Below, one piece after another: positions 39,477 through 49,729 of a stretch of 64,000 nucleotides of DNA. A model generated the notes under the pieces. It did no database searches, had not been told where the DNA came from, and worked only from the letters and a program-made list of their open reading frames with translations. Position 1 is the stretch's first letter. Each line of letters begins with the position of its first letter. The stretch is from Paramoeba atlantica (taxonomy: Eukaryota; Protista; Discosea), in NCBI GenBank assembly GCA_977017575.1, contig CDRNVI010000043.1, positions 310,001 through 374,000 of the forward strand. Reading direction: 5' to 3'. Position numbers and translations under genes: made by a program.

Positions 39477-41588
39477 CTACAGCCGTTCTAAAACCTGGAT
39501 ACCTAAAAGATCAAGTGTGGTCCTAAGAACCAATCCACACACTTTAGTGAGAAGCAGCGCATCTGGGTTACCCACTATTTGCACTTTACCATAGAAATCA
39601 GTAAACTTACATACAAGAAAATAGGCGAAGTCAGTAAGACGGGAGGGCATTAATTCTTCCATGCCACGCTGCAAGTGCGCTTGAAAGCGGCACAAATGAA
39701 GAGCAAGGACTCGAGCCGTGGGATGAGAAAGCCTAAACCCAGTTTTTGGCATCTGAGTACCTTTTCCGGCTTTCCGCATCACGCCCTTTATCCGTACATA
39801 AGAGTACAATAAGTAAAGTGCCGTGTTCCCTTCTAATTCACACATTTTGTCAAAACTAAATGCATAGTTGCTCTTTCTGTTCTGTTTGAGGTCACAATAC
39901 TTAATGGCAGAGATTCCTAACACTTCAGAATTGTGTTTAATTTGATCTTCAGAAAAGCCATGAGGGTTCGTATCCTCTCTTCGCTTTGTAATGTCGTAGC
40001 ATCGGCCCACGGCTTCATCCATGAGGTCGTTCAAGCGGACGGTATCACTGCTCCGTGTGCGGAAGCGCTTTCCATCGAGCCCTGTGACTAATCCAAAACC
40101 GAGATGTGCCACAATGCATGACTTTGTCCACCCCATTTGGTCAGCCGCGGAGTTGATCAAATCGAAGTGCCCTGATTGGCCAACGTCTGTTATAACAATT
40201 ACGCGATCCGCTTTTAAGACTTGGGACCGGTACCATATTGCGGCCATATCTGTTGTATCGTACGTGTAACCACCGTCACGCTTTGCTACAATAAGAGGAT
40301 AGGAAAACTGTGGTGCGTGCAAGACGTCGTCCTTCAAAACACCCTTATTTACAAAAAGCTGCAGGAGCGCGTTGTTCGTATCCTTGCCAGTGCCAAGAAA
40401 AGGGTGGCAAAGTTTAGCGAGCTTCTCACCGTCCACCTGCCAATCAATCTTTTCAATAGTTTTTCGTTCCTTTCCACCAAGACATATGGTTCCATCGGTC
40501 TCTATAATTCCGTGTTCCCTCATTATAGAGTGTAAACCATCTTCTTGGGCAAAATTCGCAAAAGAATATACAAACGAACGAATCAATTCGCTCTTTGTGG
40601 CTTCATCAATCGGAACCTTGGTCGTCGGCATTATGACCTTGGCACCATCTGACAGCTCTGTGACCATCCCCGCATCTTGACACATTTGAAGTACTTGAGG
40701 AATCTTATCTCGGTAGAAGCTCTCTCCAAATTCCTTGAGTTCAATATTAAGACGATGATAAACTTTTTCAAACTCCACGCGACTTGCGTCGCATAGAATA
40801 TGCCAGGCAGCCACCGCTTCATTGTCACCTCGTTGTAAGGAAACGACCTCTGCATAAGCACGGGATCGAAACTCAGTGTCTGCGTCAAATTCCACTTTGG
40901 ATTGCTTATAAAACGCTCCAAGATCTTGTATGGGTGGGGGATTTGTCAAACAATCAGGGTATTGCCTCTTGAGATATGCAATCAACATACCAAATTGCGT
41001 ACCCCAATCACCAACATGATTGACCCTGTGAACATTGTGTCCACAAAACTCATACATGCGGCATATGCAATCCCCAATGATGGTGGACCGAAGGTGTCCG
41101 ACATGCATATCTTTCGCAATGTTGGGGCTACTGAAATCAACGACAACCGTTTCTTGCTTTGACGTGGAGGTCTCAAGACCTTTCCGATTCAGTCGCATCA
41201 TCGCATTGCAAAGATACTCAAGTGAAATATTGAAGTAAATAAAACCTCTTTCGTCAGTTGTCACCCCTTCAAGAAACTCATTGTCCGGCAAGTGACCCAC
41301 AATAGATTTCGCTACGGACTTTGCGGGCATTCCTAGTCGTTTCGCCAAAGTCATTGCATTGTTACATTGGTAATCGCTAACCTTACTAGGAGCGAGCAGC
41401 ACTTTTGGTAAATCTTCTCTCAAACTTGGAAAGGCATTCGCAAAGGCTGATTCAAGAGTAGAGCATATCTTTTCTTCAACATGCTGATACCCATCCCGAG
41501 TCTTGCACTGCGCTGATTTCCTACCACAGCATGCTTGGAAGAAAGTAGCCAGAGTGTGCGTCAGACTCTGGAAGACTTTGCCGGACAT
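39477..41588 (-). CDS. argS: Arginyl-tRNA synthetase
   Basis: DYQCNNAM, VVDFSSPNIAKDMHVGHLRSTIIGD, HVGDWGTQFG, KRDGGYTYDTTD, EGNTALYLLY; about 100-aa insertion between DGAKVI and PLIVAK. Likely start MSGKVFQ at 41588. Confidence 0.97.
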   Translation of the reverse strand: MSGKVFQSLTHTLATFFQACCGRKSAQCKTRDGYQHVEEKICSTLESAFANAFPSLREDLPKVLLAPSKVSDYQCNNAMTLAKRLGMPAKSVAKSIVGHLPDNEFLEGVTTDERGFIYFNISLEYLCNAMMRLNRKGLETSTSKQETVVVDFSSPNIAKDMHVGHLRSTIIGDCICRMYEFCGHNVHRVNHVGDWGTQFGMLIAYLKRQYPDCLTNPPPIQDLGAFYKQSKVEFDADTEFRSRAYAEVVSLQRGDNEAVAAWHILCDASRVEFEKVYHRLNIELKEFGESFYRDKIPQVLQMCQDAGMVTELSDGAKVIMPTTKVPIDEATKSELIRSFVYSFANFAQEDGLHSIMREHGIIETDGTICLGGKERKTIEKIDWQVDGEKLAKLCHPFLGTGKDTNNALLQLFVNKGVLKDDVLHAPQFSYPLIVAKRDGGYTYDTTDMAAIWYRSQVLKADRVIVITDVGQSGHFDLINSAADQMGWTKSCIVAHLGFGLVTGLDGKRFRTRSSDTVRLNDLMDEAVGRCYDITKRREDTNPHGFSEDQIKHNSEVLGISAIKYCDLKQNRKSNYAFSFDKMCELEGNTALYLLYSYVRIKGVMRKAGKGTQMPKTGFRLSHPTARVLALHLCRFQAHLQRGMEELMPSRLTDFAYFLVCKFTDFYGKVQIVGNPDALLLTKVCGLVLRTTLDLLGIQVLERL

Positions 41589-41809
41589 TGATAGTTTAAG
41601 GAAAAATATAGGGGGGATCTTACGAACTATGAAAAACAACCGAAAAGACAATTCAGCCAACGATTGCGTCATATTTTCATGCCCAACTATTCAACAAATA
41701 CAAAGTTGTATGATATTCACCAAAAAATGTTTAATACCCGGATACGAGCTCCGTTACGACTTAGCCTATTCGTTAGTAAAAATATTGCATGTTAGTAATG
41801 CTTGTATGT

Positions 41810-42172
41810 CTACCAATGGTCCCTGTAGCCAAGTCTATAATTCCATCTATTAGTTTTACGGTATTTTGCACGCACAGCTTGTATCTTCCGACTGGCATCC
41901 ATAAAGTCACGCGGTGCCTTCATCTTCTCGCGCTGAAATCTCCACTTACGTTTAAAATAATACCAATGAGCAAAACTTCGGCGTGAACAGGGGAACAAGG
42001 AGGACGCAGCCTTCCCATAATGGATCGAATGGACGAGCGAAGGCACCAAGCTACTGGAGTTGAAGCTTGCCTTCGAAAAATGACGCAGATAACATTTTAA
42101 CATTATAATTATTGGGTCATAACAGGAGCTTTTTGTGTGATAACCAATGTTATTGAAGAATATTAGATACAA
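41810..42172 (-). CDS. Small basic protein, probably mitochondrial (mitoribosome-like composition)
   Basis: Presequence-like MLKCYLRHFS and an Arg/Lys/Trp-rich C-terminus. Confidence 0.45.
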   Translation of the reverse strand: MYLIFFNNIGYHTKSSCYDPIIIMLKCYLRHFSKASFNSSSLVPSLVHSIHYGKAASSLFPCSRRSFAHWYYFKRKWRFQREKMKAPRDFMDASRKIQAVRAKYRKTNRWNYRLGYRDHW

Positions 42173-42391
42173 TCTATTTCACGCACGCTATGTGTATTAT
42201 GATGCTCATACTAGATGGAGGTTTATGAGTATCCACAAAGTCTATTCAAATTTTCATTAAAACGTTGTCAATGTCTTCTATCATACATACATGCATGTCA
42301 CGCAATATCATACATCGAACCACCAGAGGTCTTTTGCAAAGACCTCTACAAACCATGCCGTCTTCTTCTCCACAGAAAGTATTTACATAGT

Positions 42392-42877
42392 TTATGAAGT
42401 CTGCGTCCCTTGTAACGCCATCTTATCAATAATTTTTACACATTTTTCCAGACTGTGGGCGTACGCCTCACGACACTGCAGTAAGACTACACTGGTAGGT
42501 CGACGCGAACCAGCAGCAAACCCCAGATCCCTTCGGCTGGGAACCCAAACGTAAGACAGTCCGGCTTGTTCCGCAAGCACGGGAATATGCGACACTACGT
42601 CGTACGGGGAGGTGTCTGCACCGAGTAGCACAATCGATCCAGGAGGGATGGATGCGGCTCCAGGCTTCTTGTTTGTTGCAGTAGTCAGTCGAATTAATTT
42701 TGTTACCTCCTTGATACCTTTGGGCACACCCCGCTTTTTGTTACGCTGGCGCGCTTCCTCCTGCACAGCCTCATGACATTTATGGACAAGAGAGTACAAC
42801 TTTGCAGTGAGCTTCGGGTGAGTGTCGGAAAAAGGATAGGAAATCGGGCAACGATACCGTCCTAACGTTTCTGTCAT
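42392..42877 (-). CDS. NHP2: H/ACA snoRNP subunit NHP2 (L7Ae family)
   Basis: PISYPF, GIKEVTKLIR, GADTSPYDVVSHIPVLAE...YVWVPSRRDLG.AAGSRRPTSVVL. Confidence 0.9.
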   Translation of the reverse strand: MTETLGRYRCPISYPFSDTHPKLTAKLYSLVHKCHEAVQEEARQRNKKRGVPKGIKEVTKLIRLTTATNKKPGAASIPPGSIVLLGADTSPYDVVSHIPVLAEQAGLSYVWVPSRRDLGFAAGSRRPTSVVLLQCREAYAHSLEKCVKIIDKMALQGTQTS

Positions 42878-43038
42878 GGATATTTAGAGCGAATGAAAAA
42901 GAAGGATGGTTTGGGAATCTTGTTTTATAGAAAATGTTTCGGTAACACAGAAACTATTGTATAGCGGAAAACACAGTAAAACAAATATAGTATGTGTATT
43001 TCATGCAGACATTCTCATCTGAGTTATCCTGTCCTTCC

Positions 43039-44628
43039 TTACTCACCCGAAGACGACCAAAGTGGGGGCAAAATTTCAATTCGGTGTTCCAACCATGATA
43101 ACGCCACCTCACGGTACGACAGCTCATGAAACGACGGGTGCGGAATACGAGCCCCGTGAGGAGCCGTTCTAAATTTTGTTCCGTCGGGCATGTCCCTAGT
43201 ACTGGATGGCGCAGCTGAATTCTCATCCTCATGCGACACACACGATGACGAAAAAATTTGTCCAGAGGGCTCCTCGACTGTATCGGGACGAAACACAACG
43301 GGAACAAACCCACGAGATTTGGGGACTCCCTCATACGTCTTGGAAGTATTCCCATAGGGATTCCCAGGTAAATCCAGACCTTCTTTGGGCGGCCTCTCAG
43401 GAATTCGCCTCGAATTCTGCAAGGAGGGAAGACAGCGGGCAATGTACGGCTGCGGGCCTACCAAAGAGGCCAATGGTATCTCCCCCCGCAGCTTTTGTCG
43501 CAGTGCCACAATCCGTTCCGTGGTGGGACCTAGATAAGACAGCAGCACTAGAGCCACGAGAAGATTGCGACAGTGAGTGGCGAGGGAGGCGAGATGTTGG
43601 TGGTCCTCTGTGGGGGGAGCGGGCATGACAGAACTGCTCACATTCACTTGACACCCCCAGAGGAAAATCTCCAGCTCCCCCACCATGGCCTCCACGACGT
43701 CGCTTTTTCCTTTGCTCATCACTTTATGGGCGTCCGCGACCAGTAGGTCCAGTCGCGCAAAGTCGTACGTGAACTCGAGATGGGGATTTCCGTAGAGAAC
43801 CCCAATCAAGGGCCCGAGCGAGTTAAACGCGGAGATGCCTTCTGTTTGTGTATCGAACGCATTCGAGACCATATCCCACAACACCGTTGGAATCACCAGA
43901 TCCCCCACCCACTCCGCCTGGTCAAACTCAAACGACCGTCCGGTGCTGTAATCCACACTGTGACGCAACACCCCCTGGTCCTTCAACAGCCCCGCGATCT
44001 TTCGGAACCGCCCACACAGCTCCTGCAAATTCACCGCCACCCCCGCCGGCAGCGTCCCCCCGGGCCCCCGCACCAGCACCGCGTACACCCACTCCTCCAG
44101 CAGCGAGTACGCCGAGCGCCCCCCGTGGTACTCCATCACCAGACAGAACAGGTTCTCGCTGAGGCGGTGCTTCCCCCACACCGCGTGGAGCGCAAAGTCC
44201 TCGACGTGGCGCAGCGGCTCCCCGCACAGGCGGCACTGGGCGCCGTCGAAGAGGGCCTCCGCGGTGAGCCGCGGGCGGTGCTTGAAGTAGAGCGCGCTGA
44301 TGGAGCAGGGCGCGGGTCGGGCCCTGCCGGCCTCCTCGCGGAGCAGCGTGAAGCTCTCGCGGGAGGCCTCCGCGGTGTGGGAGAGGCCGGAGAGGAGGGA
44401 GGCGGTGGCGCGGGGGGGAGCGGACCGGGCGTGGGCGAGAGAGGCAGCGAGGGCGTGGGGGGAGGCGGTGGGGGGAAAGGAGGGGGGGCCGGTGCCGAAG
44501 GGGGCGAGGGTTTGTCGGAAAAGGGTGGTGGAGGAAGGCCGCGTGGGGGGTGGGGGGTGGAGGAGACGGGAGATGTAAAAAGGTCGAGCGCATGTCGACG
44601 AATAGGGGCCATGGGATAGGTGTTTCAT
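43039..44628 (-). CDS. KREN: RNA-editing endonuclease of the KREN1/2/3 family (U1-type zinc finger + RNase III)
   Basis: C-x2-C-x12-H-x5-H finger (CRLCGEPLRHVEDFALHAVWGKH), RNase III motifs DQAEWVGD and KSDVVEAMVGEL with catalytic acids intact. Paralogue not assignable. Confidence 0.72.
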   Translation of the reverse strand: MKHLSHGPYSSTCARPFYISRLLHPPPPTRPSSTTLFRQTLAPFGTGPPSFPPTASPHALAASLAHARSAPPRATASLLSGLSHTAEASRESFTLLREEAGRARPAPCSISALYFKHRPRLTAEALFDGAQCRLCGEPLRHVEDFALHAVWGKHRLSENLFCLVMEYHGGRSAYSLLEEWVYAVLVRGPGGTLPAGVAVNLQELCGRFRKIAGLLKDQGVLRHSVDYSTGRSFEFDQAEWVGDLVIPTVLWDMVSNAFDTQTEGISAFNSLGPLIGVLYGNPHLEFTYDFARLDLLVADAHKVMSKGKSDVVEAMVGELEIFLWGCQVNVSSSVMPAPPTEDHQHLASLATHCRNLLVALVLLSYLGPTTERIVALRQKLRGEIPLASLVGPQPYIARCLPSLQNSRRIPERPPKEGLDLPGNPYGNTSKTYEGVPKSRGFVPVVFRPDTVEEPSGQIFSSSCVSHEDENSAAPSSTRDMPDGTKFRTAPHGARIPHPSFHELSYREVALSWLEHRIEILPPLWSSSGE

Positions 44629-44881
44629 TTTGTATGGTAAAGTTAAGCCATGGGAGGGTTGTGGAATTCATCAAGAGGAGTGTTCGATGCTTTGCCCATC
44701 ATGACACGATGACCTTAGAGGTCGAATATCCGGTTTAGCATATGATTTTCAAGGAGTTGTTCGGAAAAATGCTCCCATCATGTGCGCCTGAACGAAACAG
44801 GTAGATATCCTAGATGAAAGTCCTAATTGTTGTACAATGAATGGTGTGCGAGTTCTAAAGTAGTTCTAAAGTCTTTAGCGC

Positions 44882-44943
44882 TACCTCTTTAAAAAAGAGG
44901 TATAATAAAAACTAAAATAATAGGTACCTCTTTTAAAGAGGTA
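44882..44943. repeat. Two copies of a 9-bp-arm palindrome
   Basis: TACCTCTTT-AAA-AAAGAGGTA (44882-44902) and TACCTCTTT-T-AAAGAGGTA (44925-44943). Confidence 0.85.
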
Positions 44944-45080
44944 TTATCCCCCTCATCACTTACAGCAGTACTGTTATGTTACAATAGCATACATGTGAGT
45001 ACACGTGTTAAACAATCCGCTTAATTGACAACTTAGTAAATCTGCAGCAGCATAGAGCATCAGTAAGAGTAGCAAACAAT

Positions 45081-46676
45081 TCAATTTTTCTTTTCCATTG
45101 GCGTAGACAATAACGAGTAATAGTCTTCGGTTAAATCCAAAACCCTTTGCTTGGTTCTATGTTTCAACGCAGAATGATGTGCTTCCCCTAAGGTTCCAGA
45201 ATTCAGACTCGATATCACGTTTATGGAAGTCGCATGAGAGGCTGGTAAAAGTCGCTCATCATGGAACCATGCGGTGTGAGTTCGTTTTTTCGTTGTATCG
45301 TAGTGCACACGATGTGAGGGATGTTGTCTCGTACGCTTTCGGTCGACGGCTTCGGCAGCAGCGTCGTTCGGATACTGACATACCAAGGCGGCTCCGTTCC
45401 CAAACCCAGGCAAGGCTATTTCCTTATCTGTCACTTTTAACCGTTGTGAAGAGAATCGATTATCATCATACAAATTCGTGTTTATGGTTCCTTTCAACTG
45501 TAGCCAAATGTCGCTTCCATTTTTTTGATCTTTAGCGCCTTCAACAAAATAATATACATGACGGAAACGGCTCTGGCATTGTAACCAAAATTCTCGTGCT
45601 TCTGGACTGTCCCACAAAGAGCAGCATACAACTGTGGAAGGCATCCAGTATTTCCTACTCACATTGAAACAGCTGCGCGTTGCGCGAACCGCTTCAAAAC
45701 TTGCATGTGATGGAAACGAGTTGTGGAAGAACATTTCGCGCATATCGCATATCACGTTGCTAATACCTCTATTCGGATGACACACATTGCCATGTAAATA
45801 AGCTGTTTCAACATCTGAACTGCGAGTCGGTTGGTAAGGGAGAATGGGAATTCCAGCCTCTTGCAGGAGTGAAGCAAATTTGATATCGGACTTCTCTTCC
45901 GTAACATCCATTTGCAGGAATTCGCATAGTGAGGGAAGATCCGCGGAACTCATAGATTTGCGATCAACACAGATTATGACAGGGAGAACCTCAGTAGCGT
46001 GATTCCAACTATCTTTATCATGCTTGTTGCGCATCGAGCTTCTTGATTGGTACTTTGTGGATTGAATTTGAGACACTATGCGCTGCGTCAACACTCCAGG
46101 ATGCGCACCAAATTCTACTATTGCATGAACGGGCTTCCTGGGCATGTCCGGTTCAGGCGAATCCATGAGACTTGATGCTCCTTTCAGTCCGGTTTGCGTG
46201 GGATAGCGACGTTGCTGACGCCTTGTTTCTTTGGTGTGCGACCTTTTGGAGAATAGGTATGGAAATAGGATTTCGTGCGGCGAAAGTATTGAGTACTTGG
46301 AAACTAATTCCTCTATATTAAAAAATGGGACTTCGCTCATTCGGATAGGAGGTCGTATTCGCATGTTGCTATTACAACGAATAAAAAGTAATGTGAAAAG
46401 AAGTCTTAGACTACGTACACTGTAGTACTGCCACCCTATTTTTGCCATAGTGTGCTCATTTAAGGATATAAAATTGATCCAATAGTCTATTTGACGAATA
46501 GAACTAAGTGAAGTGGTAGAAGTGATGCATTCCCTTAAGACTACATACCTAACGCGTTGCTTCTGGCAATGCATTCCCCATAAACAGTTATTTGCAGCTC
46601 TCGGTAGTCCTGCGTACAAGTATACAAGTAGTTGTTGAGTATAGGTATAACATTCGTCAATTCTTGGTACTATCAA
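45081..46676 (-). CDS. Divergent FtsJ/RrmJ (MRM2-like) methyltransferase-fold protein
   Basis: IVEFGAHPG, IICVD, SNVICD in FtsJ order. True start probably downstream of 46676 (MRIRPP or MSEVP). Confidence 0.55.
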   Translation of the reverse strand: MIVPRIDECYTYTQQLLVYLYAGLPRAANNCLWGMHCQKQRVRYVVLRECITSTTSLSSIRQIDYWINFISLNEHTMAKIGWQYYSVRSLRLLFTLLFIRCNSNMRIRPPIRMSEVPFFNIEELVSKYSILSPHEILFPYLFSKRSHTKETRRQQRRYPTQTGLKGASSLMDSPEPDMPRKPVHAIVEFGAHPGVLTQRIVSQIQSTKYQSRSSMRNKHDKDSWNHATEVLPVIICVDRKSMSSADLPSLCEFLQMDVTEEKSDIKFASLLQEAGIPILPYQPTRSSDVETAYLHGNVCHPNRGISNVICDMREMFFHNSFPSHASFEAVRATRSCFNVSRKYWMPSTVVCCSLWDSPEAREFWLQCQSRFRHVYYFVEGAKDQKNGSDIWLQLKGTINTNLYDDNRFSSQRLKVTDKEIALPGFGNGAALVCQYPNDAAAEAVDRKRTRQHPSHRVHYDTTKKRTHTAWFHDERLLPASHATSINVISSLNSGTLGEAHHSALKHRTKQRVLDLTEDYYSLLSTPMEKKN

Positions 46677-46852
46677 TTCATACAGTTAAACCTTTGTAAT
46701 GACACGATATAATACAATACGCATACATGCGTGCATAATGCATTACTGTTACTGTATTAAAATTGCTACGTTATAATAAAATACATATCAACGGTAAGTG
46801 TACACCTACGCAAGAGCGTACACTTTGGACACGCTTCTCAAAACCAGAAAGA

Positions 46853-48007
46853 TCACACTTTTTTTACAATCTGAACCACGTCTTCATCTTCTAGCTTGTG
46901 ATCTTTACCGACTTTCTGAGGGTTGTGCCTCACGCTTCGGCCCCATACCCATGCGTATCGAAAGTTTTGCATCATTTGTTTGTGAATTTTCTGACAAAAG
47001 GTCTCCAAAGTTGGTTGGGGACTCGCTTTCAGGACTACAGGTGCTGCATAATCCGGAATATTGCCCTTCGGTTTTGGATACACGCGGCATAGATGAAGGT
47101 GCTCCCAAATGCAGTCCATAAGCCCATCCAGGTTCCACTCATGATGGGCACTGATTGGGCAGTTGTGCGGCATACGGGCGATAATATCCAACTCCTCGAT
47201 TGTAATCGAGTCAATCTTATTCATGACATAGATGGCAGGAACATACACTATGCGGCTTCCCCTCATGGTGGCGTCACTGGAGGAGACGTTATGCGCACCG
47301 CTCTCTAACACATCCACGAGTTGATCTACCGTGTAATCGCCCCGAATAACAACATCCACGGAGGCTAACTTGTACTCCGCCAGGACTGATTTAATCGCCT
47401 CTTCTGTGAGATACGTCAGCGAACAGGTCGAAGTGACGGTGATTCCTCCACGATCCTTTTTTCGCACCGTGATGTCCGGACGAGACTGATTCAGCCGAAT
47501 GCCAAATCCCTCGAGCTCACGCTCAATAATCAGTTTGTGCTGCAGTGGCTTTGCGACGTCAAGCACAATCAGAAGCAAAGAACAGGTGCGGGCAGTAGCA
47601 ATGACCTGACGCCCACGACCCTTCCCATCCTTCGCGCCTTCAATAATCCCCGGAAGGTCAAGCATTTGTATTTTCGCTCCATTGTGAGTGACAATTCCAG
47701 GCACGCAGGTTAGTGTGGTAAACTCATACGCCGCAACCTCGCTAAAAGAGGACGTTAATTTGTTGAGTAGCGTGCTTTTGCCTACACTGGGAAATCCCAC
47801 AAATCCGACCCGAGCGTCGCCCGTTTTCGACACGTCAAATCCGGGCATCTTACCCCCACCACTGGACTTGGCGTCTTGTGCCATCAGGTCCCGCTTCAAA
47901 GAGGCGAGTCTTGCTTTTAACTGCCCAATGTGGCCCATAGTAGCCTTGTTCTTCTGTGTGCGGGCCATCTCCGCTTCAATATCCGCAATCTTCTGCAAAA
48001 CGCTCAT
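46853..48007 (-). CDS. DRG1: Developmentally regulated GTP-binding protein 1
   Basis: [57 protein letters not shown] domain [14 protein letters not shown]. Confidence 0.97.
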   Translation of the reverse strand: MSVLQKIADIEAEMARTQKNKATMGHIGQLKARLASLKRDLMAQDAKSSGGGKMPGFDVSKTGDARVGFVGFPSVGKSTLLNKLTSSFSEVAAYEFTTLTCVPGIVTHNGAKIQMLDLPGIIEGAKDGKGRGRQVIATARTCSLLLIVLDVAKPLQHKLIIERELEGFGIRLNQSRPDITVRKKDRGGITVTSTCSLTYLTEEAIKSVLAEYKLASVDVVIRGDYTVDQLVDVLESGAHNVSSSDATMRGSRIVYVPAIYVMNKIDSITIEELDIIARMPHNCPISAHHEWNLDGLMDCIWEHLHLCRVYPKPKGNIPDYAAPVVLKASPQPTLETFCQKIHKQMMQNFRYAWVWGRSVRHNPQKVGKDHKLEDEDVVQIVKKV

Positions 48008-48167
48008 GAGAAGAAACGAAGCTTGAAATATTAAGATTGATCTTTCCATAAAACATATAGTTGAATATTCCAACAATCAAAGTGTGTTGCATGTAAATGA
48101 AAGAAACAAAAATTAAGTAAATAAAACATTATTTTGATGGAATTAGACAAAGACCCATCGACGCATC

Positions 48168-48881
48168 TTAACACGTAGCGCCGCCAATATTGTTCTTGTA
48201 CTTCATATGCGCACTTTGTATGACGCAGGCGTCGCACAATCGAATTGGACGAACAGAAATTGGATAAATAACATGTCGTTCTTTGCTAGCTGTAAGACCT
48301 TCGCCTACGTAAAGTTGACCAAGACATCCCCTACACGATGCACAATGCAAGACGTTTTGAGGTCTTATAACGGATGAAGGCTGAAAAGTTCCGACGCTGA
48401 TCCTGGATGAAGCGCTCTCAACGCATCCTTGATAACAACTAGAAAAATTTAACCAAGATTTTTCTTTTAGGCGAATCCGAGAGGATATATCGTAAACAGG
48501 GAGAAAGCAACCTGAACATGCAAAGTACACAATAGAAGATTGAACGCACTTATCGCATGTTTTAGATGACGACGTGTGTATGGAAGAACTATGACCGCAT
48601 ATAGTTTCTGATTCTGTAGAGCGCCTAGAAGAAATCAAGTTCCATTTTTTGCGAGTACTTCTCATTTTTCTGATACCTACTTTGTCAACAACCTGTGGTA
48701 CAGGGGTGCAGTTTTCAGTTTTATCCGAGATGTTAAAATGAGAAGCAGGAATTTGGAACGGTGCCTGTGATCTACCTTGCCGCAGGACTTCATATTGAGC
48801 AGGGAACAACAGTTGTTCCCATTGCAACTCCGACTTGGTACATATTGGAATCGGTGCTCCAATCACTTTTCTGAATGACAT
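48168..48881 (-). CDS. MsrB/SelR-like protein, probably catalytically inactive
   Basis: WEQLL.PAQYEVLRQG.SQAPF, two CxxC pairs, SWLNF, CLGQLYVGEG. The RxCxN catalytic motif reads RHVIY. Confidence 0.7.
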   Translation of the reverse strand: MSFRKVIGAPIPICTKSELQWEQLLFPAQYEVLRQGRSQAPFQIPASHFNISDKTENCTPVPQVVDKVGIRKMRSTRKKWNLISSRRSTESETICGHSSSIHTSSSKTCDKCVQSSIVYFACSGCFLPVYDISSRIRLKEKSWLNFSSCYQGCVESASSRISVGTFQPSSVIRPQNVLHCASCRGCLGQLYVGEGLTASKERHVIYPISVRPIRLCDACVIQSAHMKYKNNIGGATC

Positions 48882-49407
48882 TTGTAACCTGATTTAGTGC
48901 ATGAGTAGGCGCGTAAAAACGTTCAGAACTGCTTACATACGGTACTTTAGGGGATTCATGTACGTGATGCGTGGCAGAAAATTCTTATCAAACTGTTTCA
49001 AAACATACGCGTGGCATCAAAAGTCCAAAATAAACTTTGTCAGCAGTAAATTCTACAAAGTACATTTACATTGTATAAAAAACTGCACGTCCAGGGTGCC
49101 AGGAGGTGCCACTCATAGTCAAGGAACAGGATTTTGGTATGTCGGTTACATTATCAACAAACTATATTTTCCATATACGACGCATTCTTGACATAGTTTA
49201 GGTAGTAATACTAGCTATACTAGCTATACTAAGTAGACTAGACGTGACGTGCTACAAAAATGTGTATGTTCTTTAATGAAAAAAATATGCTGGCGAAGAT
49301 ATGGAAACGTGCACGGAAACAAGCCCAGAGAAATATTAAAGCACACAAGTGGCCTGGCTGTGTTCATCACACATCAAGTGATGAGATCATCATAACTAGT
49401 AGACATA

Positions 49408-49729
49408 CCGTATACCCCCAGTAAGATACCCCCCCCCCCCCCAGTAAGAAAGATTTGGCCCTTTCTTGGGCTGACCCCCAGTAAAAGAGATTTGGCTCGG
49501 GAGCCCCACAGGAGGCGTATAGGGGGTAGGGGGTGGGTGTCTGCACGTTGGGGGACTCGGGGGTAACCCAAAGAAGCGTTTTAACACGTTTTCACAAGAA
49601 AAAATAGAAAAAATAGTCAAAAAAGTTGGGAGAAAAGAGGAAACTAGAGAAAAAAGCATACCCCCCCCAGTAAGAGAGATTTGGCCATTTCGACCCAAAA
49701 CCCATTCTCTTACTGGGGGGGGTATACGG
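49408..49729. mobile_element. 322-bp TA-flanked MITE
   Basis: TIRs CCGTATAC(5-8)AGTAAGA; TA at 49406-07 and 49730-31; internal CCCCCAGTAA..AGATTTGG repeated three times. Confidence 0.88.

Noticed and set aside
39477-41588. About 100-aa insertion in ArgRS as a novelty
   Set aside because: As I recall, trypanosomatid ArgRS has an insertion at the same position, so it serves as a lineage marker rather than a new feature.
10300-44620. GC islands as foreign insertions or inteins
   Set aside because: Reading frames and homology (ARM repeats, Rad9 clamp, DEDD and RNase III motifs) continue straight through them, with no extra domain, TSD or TIR.
30297-44674. Long overlapping ORFs in GC-rich patches (e.g. 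30297-31007 +, 33825-34748 +, 43780-44619 +, 43928-44674 -)
   Set aside because: Shadow frames caused by stop-codon scarcity in the GC islands; the true frames have recognisable homology.
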